The notes under the pieces were generated by a model. It was not told the DNA's origin and did no database searches. It saw nothing but the letters and a program-made list of their open reading frames with translations. A stretch of 64,000 bases of DNA, from NCBI GenBank assembly GCA_002633005.1, contig NMRA01000040.1, positions 265,362-329,361 of the forward strand, given 5' to 3'. This stretch comes from Phoronis australis (Eukaryota > Animalia > Phoronida). This document shows, one piece after another, positions 1 to 12,400 of the stretch (the stretch's first letter is position 1; the number at the start of each line of letters is the position of its first letter). A program made the translations under genes and the position numbers.

Positions 1-320
1 AAGGCGTTAAGAGTTGGCTAAAAAATCAAGACATTTATTTTTTGCTCTCTTGATGGACTAGCCAACTCGATATTAGCGTGTCCAGCATATAAGCCCTGAA
101 GTTTGCATTATGAGGAATTTTCAATGTTAGGAACATCTAACTTTAAACCATAATTCTTATAGGTCAAAGATGCTGATCACTATTCTTCACAGCCACAACA
201 AAAGTTGTACTTCGTTGCTCCCTATTTTTGACCGGTGGCCCGGCATATGAGAACCACGGCAGAACAAAATACAAGGTGTTAGTTCAGTGTACTTCACTTT
301 CTAAGTAAAGCCACACTTAC

Positions 321-406
321 GTGCTGACTCCTGAGGTCTCGCAGGCTGCATACTACCTCGAGATCGACTGAACATATTCTTAAGTAGTTGAGATGCTTCT
401 GTTAAT
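321..406 (-). CDS. ATP8A1: ATP8A exon: [28 protein letters not shown] (precedes the GYAFS autoinhibitory exon, which is outside the window)
   Basis: 86 nt, gtag/gtaagt; LTExxQLLKNxF matches the ATP8A1 C-tail by recall. Confidence 0.92.
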
Positions 407-3400
407 CTACAAAAATGGAAAAGAATCATTGTATTGTCGCAACTAGGGAGACTTTTGTAACGGCTACATTGTAAATCTTCCTACAGACAGTTTTCAAAAC
501 CCCCTAATCTTGACTACACAGTAGTGGTGTTCATTTTATGATACTACTATCCCAATGTAAATCGGACGTTGCCATGTAAACTTTTCAATTTTTGTCAATA
601 TGAGCAACAAACTACTACAAAATAATATAACTGATTGTTTTTGTCAAGAGAAATGTAGAAATCGTATATCTATGGTTTAGCAAACAATCACTTTAAAAAT
701 CAAATATGTGTGTTTTCGCACACTGAGTTAAACTAGTGTCATTTTATTCGAAACAGTAATAACTGCCAACCTAATAAAAATAGCATGATTCTGCTTTAGA
801 ACACCAGATGGAGCAAATGGAAATAGCATAGTTCTGAGTTGCAACTCTAGATGGAGCAACAGGAATGGTTCTGTGTTAGAACAATAGATGGAGCAAATGG
901 AAATAGCATGGTTCTGTGTTGCAACACTACATAGAGCAACAGGAATGGTTCTGTGTTAGAACAATAGATGGAGCAAATGGAAAATAACATGGTTCTATGA
1001 TGCAACACTAGATGGAGCAACAGGATGATTCTGTTTTACAATAAATGAAGTTACTATGAAGTACTTAATGTCTTTAAATAAGTTACTAGTTAAGAGCATT
1101 TATCAACTGAAGTCAAATGTCCGACATTAAACAAGTCAGTCAAAATAGTGCATTATTCACAGGAGACTATTTACCACATGACTAAATGTAACATTACAGT
1201 TTTATCCCTCAAAACACTGACCATCGACAGTGGATGTATGTTATGGCATTAACTGAATGCAGCAAGGTCTCATCACGGCAGAAAATATACAAACACAAAC
1301 AAATCCCAAGGGTGTTATCGGGTCCATTGTCCAGTTGCATGAAACAATTCCAAATAGTGACTCAACGAAGTTCCCTTAATCTAACTGCGTTTTTGCAGAC
1401 TTGTGAAAGCACTGACTGTGATTTATCATGTTGTTTTGGATTAATTTCATTAATGAACTAAGTCAAGAGAAAACTCTGCAATGAATTCTAAATGTTATTG
1501 AAAATAAGTTCAGATCTTTCCATGCAACATCCCTAATTCATGGACTAAGTCTGATTTATTATTGAACTAAGCATGTCATGAACACATCCACTACCACAAG
1601 AAACTATAAGAACACCATGTTTATCCACCTTCACTCTTATCAGGCTTCGGTGAGTCAGCATGCGTGAATAATTGGCTGATAAGCCACCTATGGAACTACT
1701 TTTGGCTGAATGGATGACCAGGCCATAAAATGATAATTACCCAAGACCAGTTAAATAATGCTCATGAAATAGTTAATACCTTCATGGCAATTTTGAAAGA
1801 GTGGGCATCTTCTGCTAGTCTTTCGCTGAAAGTGTTTTAAAAAACTTGGTTTACCGACCTCTGATTTTCTGGATTATGCAAACATTAAAATTCAAATTTG
1901 CAGCGTTTTCGTTTCCGCCATCATTATGCTATGAAAACAAGCAAAAATTGGCAACAATCCGTACAAGCAACAAAGAATATCTCGTAGCATCACCTAGGCT
2001 TGGTGGAAAGCTGTATACTGTATTGGCTCTAATAAACGCCCCTGGCGTTTAGAAAAATTCATTTCACAGGGAGGGGACGCTTATTGTAGACTAAGGCAGT
2101 TGAAACCCGGTTTCTGAAACGGGTAAAATCGAAAGCTAGGATTCATCAAATTTACGCTCTGTGACGTATTTGTAGCCTATGACAATCTTTCTACAAAATT
2201 GTGGTGCATTGCTATCAAACTCCGTTGTTAAATTACCATCATTTTTCAAAAAATTGTGCTGAAATCCCAGGGCGAAAACTTGCTGACTGATACGTCGCTG
2301 AATCGCAATCGTCGATAGGAAAACTCGAATTCTTGAATAAAAATACAGTTTCAACTCAACAAATTACCTGAAATCCTCCTTATGTTTTACAATTTTTTAA
2401 GTTCATGTGGAGCCCAGATTAATTGCGATTAAGTCCAAATCTGCACTACATCGTATCCCACAACACGAGAAAAATATCTGGATGAACACACATATTGTTG
2501 TCACATGACGTTTGTTTTGAAGTTCATCTGCGAATGAGAGTGAGTAAGCGAGCGCGTGCGGGTCATCGACGACAGACTTTTTTGTTACAAAAGGCGGAGG
2601 ATTATGCAAGAAAATGGCGTTTATTAGATTGTTTTTTCTTTTAAACGGCTGCAACGTGCAAGGTGAGTGCCAGTTAACCCACAGATTTTGTGTGCACAGG
2701 CCGACGGCCGTTAGCTCAACCGTGGAGTAAAACATTAATAGTCCTAGGCTCGATCTACATGTTGGGGACAAGGTGACGAACTAAACTATCCGGGCTGTGT
2801 GAAATTTCTGGGTCTAACGGAGACACTGACGCAGTGGTACTAATAGCCAGCCAGCTCGCTGTATCAAGACTATAGTCAAAATCCAAATTCGTTTTATCGT
2901 CTCCCTGTCAATAATAACGGCATACTAAAGTTTCTTAATGTTCGTACTTCAGGAACATAAGGATCTTGCGTTTTGTATACATACGCGCACGCCGCAGATC
3001 ACATCTCGGAAATTGCCGATTTGACGGATGACAATGAATGAGCACAATGAAATATTATAAAACAACGTCGTTTTACAGCTTGTAAGAGAATTGCAATGCA
3101 TGTGTTCCAAAATCTAAATAAGATACAGAGTAGTTCTATATTATCCTAACTTGGGTGCTATATTTTTGTATTCGTGCGTGCCGAATGAAACTAATCGTCA
3201 AATTTGAAAAATTCAAAGTTCTTTCTCTTCTCTTTTAAAATATTACACTCAAAACTACGTAAAACACTCTCCATAAAAAGTACGGTCACCTAGGCTAGAC
3301 TGTAATCAGCTGATCGTATCCGCATGAGCGAAGCCAATTATCCTCGCTCATGACTCAATGAATAGAGCAGCTAGGCGGGATCCCTTTGATCGTGAGCCGA

Positions 3401-6400
3401 GCGCGACTCAGCCAAGGTGGATAAATACGGTCTAGCTCAATCGGCCAAACCCCACAGTTTCCCCTGATCAGTGGGGTTTGACGTCATCTTGTTTTGTAAA
3501 AATGTTTATGGCATGAGGGATCAGTTTTTAGATAATGTCATACGTCAAAGAGGAGCTCATAATAACAGAAAACAATACGTCTGTGAGTAAATAACAACGC
3601 AAACACGCAAACGATTTAGAGGACTTAGTTTAGTCCCTGTTCAGGACTGCTTCATGCAACCGGTCACATATGACCTGACATGGCCGAGAGATATGCCAGT
3701 TTTTATTTGTTTAGTTATACAACTACCGATGCTCCTTGGTTCTGTTGATTGTATGTGTCTTGTCAGAGTGTCATGATTTTACCTGCTTCGATATACCGCC
3801 ATCATCTACTGGCTTTGTTTACAGCGGTCACATGTTTATGGTTTCAGCAGCCTGTATGGGTGATGTCACCAATAGGGACACCCGATGTCCAGGCAGCAAG
3901 AATGAAAAGAGATATTCCACGGCTAGCTAGTCAACATTATTTCGTAACGAAAGTTATTTTACTGCGTTTCAGCCAATCAGAGTACTAAAGCATCAGTGAT
4001 CATGCAGCAATACTCAGTAATGACCGGGACACAATAGCTTCGACAGCCACCTCTAACAACTGACTGGCTGTGAAAACAAAACAAAGGCTCTGCAATTAGG
4101 AGCCACTTCTGGGATCTGTTTCATGAAAACTGACTTAAGACTTAAGACACAATTTTGGTCTTACGCTCCACACAACTATTTCCGAAAAATAATTAAATCT
4201 CACTTGAGCAAAAGAGAAAAATCTCTGAGAATATACGCATAACTGCAAGTTACTGAGATAATTTATACAAATTATTTTCACCCTGTGATGATGTCATAAT
4301 TACTTGGCTAAGCCTGTTTTCACAAACTGTTAAGTGGGAGCATAAGATCAAATTTCTGTCTTAAATCTTAAGAACTTTTCATTGAACGGACCCCTGTTAA
4401 CTTGCACTGTGTGTGTGTAGATGAACAGTAATCTCAAACCTCTTGGGTTTATGTGTCCTCATTACAGCGGTGAAGTCTTCTTTATTAAGTTCTGCTTCCT
4501 GTGCCTCCTCTCGCAAAGATTTACACAACGTTCGACGGAGTCTGGAAAACGCAACAAGTGTATTGTGAAAACAAAATGTCTTAAGTTCGTAATGGACGTG
4601 ATGTAATCCAATATGGCAATTGTTAGAGGGGTCCCACATTTGCAGAATGTGCTTGACACCCATTATTCAGCAGAGAAAACTGGTTCTCAAAATGCCGGAC
4701 CCCTCCAAGGCCAAGAGGTTAAAAAAAAGATTACTGACTTCTGGTGTGATCTCCGAATAGCATGTTTCTTGGGAAAAAACAGTCACGTAAGACCAGGTGA
4801 ATGTTTTGCCAGTGCTTTTTGTGTGAGCTTGACAGCCTACTAGGGTAGACTTATGGCTGCTGATGAAATGATTGAAAATATTTGGTCGGAATGCTGAATT
4901 ATGGGAGATAACTTGCTGCTTCCTGTTCCACAAGCAAAGTTCCTTTGGCGCTACACAATGTAGACCAGGGTAAAAGACCAAGAAATTTACTAATCAGTCA
5001 ACTTAACACGCGACCATTGACAACTTTAAGCAAACATTGACCGTGGTTTCTGTAGAGTTTTGAACAAAATTTGGTGGCCTCAGGACCACCGTTGCCACGC
5101 AACTGCCATGAGCCCTGGTGTAGTTGATAAACAGATACATGACAGAGCTAGCATCATGTCTGTTCAGTTTCTTTATCTATCTAGTGATGCAGTTCAACAG
5201 TTCTTGGCACCATTAACAGGTCTGTTGAAAAAGTCCACGTGGAAAAAATAACAAATCTCATTGTTCACTGAAATTTGTAGTGCAAAACTTTTGGTTGGCA
5301 AAACTCAAACGCAAACAGATCCCATTTCTCCGGGGAAAAGTAAACAGTGAGGATGAAATACTCTTTTAAGCAATGATAAACCCGCAAATATTCTGTCATG
5401 GATAAACAGTTTTGCAATAACTGAAACTTTGTAATCATCCTGCAGTGGTCTCAATCCTTAGTGCTGCAACTTAATAAGTTTAATCAATTTTTTGCTAAAC
5501 ATTGTAATCTGATTAAAATGCCTCCTGAAGCTGAAAGCATTTTTGTAATTCGTAGAACACAACTAAAAGAAATGTGCAGTGAAAAACCCAAAATGAACTG
5601 CAGGAAAAGACAATTAACCCCCACAGGCACAAAAGTTATAACAAACCAAAGATCTCAACTCTAACAAAGTAGAAATTAACCAAATGTAACTAACTAACTC
5701 CATCTCAACTCCACAAACAGAACTCACCAAACATTTTCATAATTTGAGAGATTCAAAAGTCGCCCCAGGTATTTTGAGTGCAAGACACTTTAAGAGATCA
5801 GGAAATGCTGTCACCTTTTTGCACCAACAAATGACAAGACTCAATGATATACAATAAAAAATGAAAAAACTGAAGAGACGAATAATAAATAAATGAAAAT
5901 AAAAGAAATATAACTCAGTCTGTCAATTAAATCTTCAGCAAACTATTAACGTGTAAATTTGACGGAAACTCTTTAGTGTAACGAAAGCAAAAAAACAATG
6001 TCTGAATCCACTCTCAAATTTATGTCAACAAGAAATTTATTTCCGTCATTCCTGGGTCTCAATGCATGTCATTTCAATATCCTAAGTAAAACAACAACGG
6101 TGGTAATTTGATGACATGGTGACAGCAAAGACACTCTTTTTGCTATAATCCAAACTAGTCGTGCATACAAAATCAGTGCCAACTTACGTGGTCCAGACAA
6201 CATCTCTCAACAGACAAATGAGTGGAATAACTACCAGGCCCATCCAGAATATTGGACAGCCCAACACCATGCGGTCCTGGAGGACAGAGAAACATCATTT
6301 TAGAACTTTAAGACTTTATTACCAATCTGACAAACCAACATGAACCATGGTAGTCAGTCTCGTGGAAACAATAACTTCCACGTGATTTTTTTCACAAAAT

Positions 6401-9400
6401 ATGAAGCAAGGCATTTTCCACAAATCCATTTTAATAGTAGCAAAACCTGCAGTTTCACAGTATAACATATTAGTGCAGTTACCAAGACAGAGTTCTTTAA
6501 AGCAGCAGACAATTGCAATCAAAAATGTCCATGCATCTTTAAGAACACTTATTGCCGCCAATACACATCTTTCCCTACTCCTCTACTTGTGAGGGAACCA
6601 AGAAACTGACAGCTTACCATGCCAACCATTTCTGCACCCAATGGTATCACTGGCCAGAAGTGACTGTAACCAGCAAGGTAAACAAACCAGCTCAGGATGC
6701 TTCCCCAAATGGCTAAATGGCTCAACTGAAATGGAAAGGCAATAATTAGTTTGGAATAACACCATGTAAAACATTCTTTTGGTCTATAAAATGCAGGCGT
6801 CGATAAAAATGTGTTGGAGAGCCACATTAATAAAACATAACTATTGCATCATCCATCAAAAAAGAGTACAATGGCTGTTAATTTCAGAATATTCGTTGCA
6901 TGAAAACAACGGAAAAAGAGGGGCCCAGAAATTGTTGTTTTTACTCAATGGTTATGTAGTACAACTTCGCTAATTTTAAAAAAACTTTGAATAATTTGAG
7001 CAAAACCTGATCACAGAATGACTGATTTAAATTTCCGAAACTCATACTTCTGTCTAATTGGCCAAAAGATTGGTAAGAAATGAGGAATGTTTTTTTTTCA
7101 AAATGACAGTCACTGTCAACATAACCAAGGACTGAAAACAACACAGCTGTTACACTCAAGAATAGTTTCCCTCATATAAACACAGCTCACAAACACTGAC
7201 TCGCAAACGCAGCTCACAGACCGCCAAACACAGTGCTCAACTCACAAAACAGCTCACACACTCGCAATCTCAGCCTATTGACGTGCCTAACAAGGACAGG
7301 AACATGGAGTCGGTGCACTGTATTTGGTGGAAAGTCTTGTTTGCGAGTCAGAGCACGAGTTCGTAAGTGGTTGAACTGAATTTATCAAGCTAGCAGTAAA
7401 ATATCGCCAGTTTCCAACAAAAATAATCACTAAAATTGAACTTCTTTCATTTTTGAAGGACTTCTAACATTGTTGTGAAATGCCAACGATTTTTCAAAAT
7501 ATTGACTGTTGGTAGCCATGATCTTCAATATAACACAGCATCATTCTGGTGCTGTATATCATTTATGAAAAAATGAGAAAATAAAATTTCACCTGTCACC
7601 ACATTTTGTCCTAAGTTGGTGAGTGGACTTGACAGCAGAGCTTAAATCAACAGTCAAAAATACACCTACGCTCCAGTATGGGCATCACACCTGAGTACGG
7701 ACACTGCACTTCCACAGCAGTGAATGCCGTGTAAGAATACGGTCACTGCTTGGGTACAGACACTTCACAAAACTACTCACCCAAGTCCAAGAGGTGTACT
7801 CAAGGCCAGCTTTTACACACACTGTGATTACGACATACTGTAAATAAACAAAAAAAATTCAGTGATATATGATAATTCATTGACAACAACTAAAGAAATA
7901 CAATAGAAGATACTAAAACTATGTATTTTTCCAGACATAACAGTAGTGGGACTACCTTTGTATTGGTCGCCTAGCTTAAAAGACAGACCACTTTAACTTC
8001 CTGAAATACAAGAAAATCACCACTAAATGCTTATGGGAGAAAATAAAAAATCAATACCCTCATAAATCAATCTTCACTCTCTGTTTGGACTTATTCCTTA
8101 TAGGTACAACTACCAGGGCAATATTTAGAATGCAGCAATTTATAACTCATTCAGTTTCACTAAAATGTTGTAACTATACGACACCATGAGTCTAAACAGA
8201 GACTCAGACAAGTTGTACACTTTGACTTAAGTCACCGCTCAGACTCTGTGTTAAAAAAACATTGTAAACTTGTGTAATTTTTAGTGAAGCAGACCCCGTG
8301 TCCCTATAGCCAGTGCGTGTGCTCATTCTATGGTGTTTTGACTGTCAATGATGTTTACCATGCAAACCAATTTTGGACTTGCTTATAAAAAGATAATGGT
8401 TAAATCTCACCCACTTCCAGGAAAATAATCGCCACAATTGCGCTTTATCAAAGTCTTCTAACACTGTCGTGAAAACTCACAACTTTTCAAAATATTATCT
8501 AGTGGTAGCTATTGTGCACAACTTGTACAAAAGTCTGTCAAGATAAAGCACTAAGTTGTTGTTCCAGATCATTTATAATGAAGCGTAATTCCGCCTGCAG
8601 ACCTAAGCTTTTCCCAAACTATTCTTCATCTCATGCATATTAGTATTAATGGAAATTTTTCAGTTACTTTGCACGAAAGTAATTGCTAACATTGCCTTAT
8701 GTCTAATATCCAAAAGATACACAATACAAAAGGTGAAACACTCGCTTGGTGTTATTACATGACAGCCACAAGTACAAGATAGCTGACAATCGAGTAAAAA
8801 TTTTCTCATCGTTCATTTTTATAGAGAAAACAACAGACAAAATAAAATTTTGCTTGTCCACCATACCGTGAGGAGTTACACTGAGAAACAGTATCTAAAG
8901 ACAAGGTAGACTCCCAAAACATCCACAATAAAGAACATGAAGATGTCATAAAATGGTGAGCAAGCTGAAATACAAGTTTTAATATTAAGATTAGTTGAAA
9001 TACTGTAAAGCATGGATTGCTAAAATCTTTTCTACTCTATGGGTGAAGGCAGGAAAGTTAGTAACTTTTAACACTTCTGAGCAAATAACAATTCAACTTA
9101 CCATAGTGCTGAACAACACAGTCATGTGCCAAGGTAATAAGTAGATTGCTAAGTAGCCTGAGGTGCGTTCCGGAGATGCAAGAATCGAAATAGCAAGATA
9201 AAGCAAAATCACACGAGTGAAAGGCGAGGGTTCGATGACTATGCTCACGATTTTGAAGCGTACTCTAGCAAAATGTCTGACACAGAAGTGATCAGTCAGT
9301 GACCTTGGAATGTTGAATTGTGGGATAGAATTCATCATTCGTTTCATTAGTGAAAATTTCTCATTGCAAGTGTGTCGAGTGTCTTGAGTTAACGGAACGC

Positions 9401-12400
9401 ACCTTTGCCAAGATCAGATAGGGGGCGCACTTACTGTATAACACATGTTCCCCATGAACATAAAACCACCCAACTTGCCGTCCAAGAAGGCAATATCTGA
9501 AATAAGCCAAAATAAAAAATGTTAAGCAAGAAACTGACACACGCTAATTCAAATAGCATTAATCTTTTCACATATAACGTGACACGCCGTGTGCACAAAG
9601 GATGAATGTGATTCATTCAGCCGTGGAATTCATGCTGTGTTGCTTTGTGTAAGAACCAAAGAAATACTAAACACAAAAAACACAGTAAACAGAAGAACTT
9701 ATCCGATATCAAGTGCATGCATGACTTCTACGCAACTGAAACATTATCCTACAAATCTATGCTCTGATATGCACATGCATCAGTTTCCACTCTCTAGCTG
9801 TAAAAAGATCAATGCAAATAATAGTGATTCATGACTGTATCATGACAAAAATAACTAAAACGCCCTTAAAAAGGAGAACATATTTTGAGAATCATTTCAA
9901 GCAACTTTGCAACTCATATGCATTCCTTCAACCAAATTACAACAATTACTCGCAACGATTTCAAATCTGGGCCAACTATATTTTGCAACACCTTCACCTT
10001 CAGCCTCGGTTGAGTGTTATGTAGGACCTTACTAACAAGTATGTATATTAAGCCAAATATATAAAAAATGTAGTAAAAGTATTTTTATTACGTATATTTT
10101 CAGAAAGTAGAAAGCCCGCAGACTTCGCATTTTGACTCTGTACCAGTCTGTCACTCTACCACCATGTCTTTTCAGTAAAATTTATCAAAAAGCAAGGCAT
10201 ATTTATAGCCAAACAATGACATCAATAACATGATCAAATTTTATTTGACATAACTGTTCAAAATGGGATCTCAAAATGCTGTTATAGATTTCTAAAATGT
10301 CATAAAAGCCATAAAGTCCCTCACGCAAAAGTTCTGAGATTTTTCTAGAGTACTACACAATCCCTAAAAGAGTTAGGAATTTCGGGGTTTAACCTGATAA
10401 AAAATCATCATTTAGCGTCAGGTTTCACAATGCTTAAGGAAAACACTGTGAGGTACTGATAGGAAGCACCCCGTCGCCCGCTCAGCGTACATCACCCACC
10501 TTGTTTCATCATGAACAGTGTGAGAAAGTAGAGAAGAGCAGAGTGGTAGATGGAGTTGAACATCCACGTCCAGAACACCTGTGGGCAAATGTATGAACTA
10601 TCATTGGGGAAGAGAGACATCTGTTGAGATACCCTTGCCTGAACCCCTCTCTGTGATGTCACACAATAGGCTGACTTGGCTTGTGCAGATGATGGGCCAG
10701 TGAGGTTCTTATTATCTTAGTCATACAAATATCCCCTAATGCCACATCCATGGCCACATTTGAGACATGTTGCATAACCAAAAACAGTGAATTTCGTCAA
10801 AGTTATTTTCTAATTTCGGGTAAGGTGAAAGAAAAAATAAAGTAAATCGTTAGATTTGGATAAAAAATTGGTAAAAAAATTTCACTGATTATTTAAAATG
10901 AAAGTATTAGACAAACTTTATCAAAACTACTGTAAAATAATCCTACCTTCACGTTGAAGAGCTCAGCATTCTGTGATGTTTTGTATAGAGGTGGGAATTT
11001 TAAGAGACATTTGGCACTGCAGTACTGATCAAACAGCCCCAGGGCAAGAGGTGGTGCAGCAGTAAATATCTACAAATTGATTATGGTAATTTTCAGTCAC
11101 TTGACACATAATAACTTGTCAAAATGGTGATTTTTTAATTTTAAAACAAAAGCTGACAAATAATTAAATATTTACCAAGTGCTTTTCTATCACCTTCGCA
11201 CTTTAAGTATGCTAGTCCGCCAAGATTAGAGTCTATGACAACTGTCATCATACAAAAAAGCTTTCGAGAAAATTTTAAGAAAATTTTGTAAAGTCGTCTA
11301 CTCACCACATTGTAGAGACCTATCTGCCACCGTTCAAACAGGATCTGACCAGAGAAACCGTTGAATATGGCAAACCACAGCTAGAAGAAATTAAAGTAGC
11401 GCGATTGCAACCTCTGTCCAGTAAATGCTGACTTTTAGTTAAGCCCCTGTCCCACTAATGTATTTCTCTGACAGGGCTGTGTGACCAGAAAATAAGCATA
11501 CCCACCCACGTAGGAAGTGAACAAAAAAGAGACCTATACATGGGGAATTTCTGATGAAAAAAAAACCTCAATTCAGAGAGTTTTGTCACTGAAACACTGC
11601 AAATCTGACAGTTTATTTTTACTAATCTTCAAGAGATCCCTGTTGTAGGGAATCATATCGGACAAGGCATGCTCTTGTAGGGAATTCGACAAAGGCAACC
11701 ATTCATGGGAAATCTGATTGTGAAAACCCCATGAATCCGAGTGGCATGTTTTGTATACACCCAGTATGAGACTACCCCCAAGGGACGAGTACACAAGTCA
11801 TAAAAAGTGTATTTTGCAGTGTCTGTAACAACTCCAGCATAATGTGACAAGCAATAAACCCAGCACAGCAGGAAATGCACAGTGAATGAGTGAAGGAGTT
11901 TTAAAGGGATATCATCATTTTTTGGCCGAAAAATGCATTTTTGTGATTATTGTTAGATGGGATAGATTGCTTGATGTTATTAGCTTTTAGCAAAGCGATG
12001 AAACAATAAAATACATTCATATTTGTGTTACTGTGATTTTCTTACAAATCACCTATTCTTGCCATTGCCTGCCAGACATTTGCCGCAATCAAAGCACGTG
12101 CCTTTACCAGTTAAATGCGCATATAATTATCTGTGATCATGTGATCAACCGGGTGCGACTTAGCTCATTAGCAGAGTGGTGGGCTGCGGACACGAAGGTT
12201 CCCGGTTTGATTTCGTGCTTGGGTCGATTCAGACGATCACTTTTCTCGCCGAAAACGACCCCTCAAGAAGCAGCAACTCTAACCACCTTGTAGTGATGCT
12301 CTACTTAATATACCATGACTTTCTGATTACCACTGCCACGAGTTTAAAGTTTAACTAAGTTCATTCATAATTTGTAGACCATTTTGGAAGAGCTGTTTAA

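Noticed and set aside
8867-8964. Exon-like segment with tttcag acceptor and gtatgg donor
   Set aside because: 98 nt would shift the frame in a phase-0 intron, and it has no ATP8A homology.
9290-9340. Possible C/D box snoRNA (ATGATGA...CTGA on the minus strand)
   Set aside because: The boxes are only ~40 nt apart and lie inside a MITE whose related copy near 17030 lacks the C box.
11653-11880. TAKYTFYDL resembling the P4-ATPase TAKY motif
   Set aside because: Wrong position in the gene, no further similarity, and it adjoins repeat-like sequence; treated as a chance match.
12151-12226. Functional tRNA gene
   Set aside because: A and B boxes are degenerate and no clean cloverleaf forms; treated as tRNA-derived repeat sequence.
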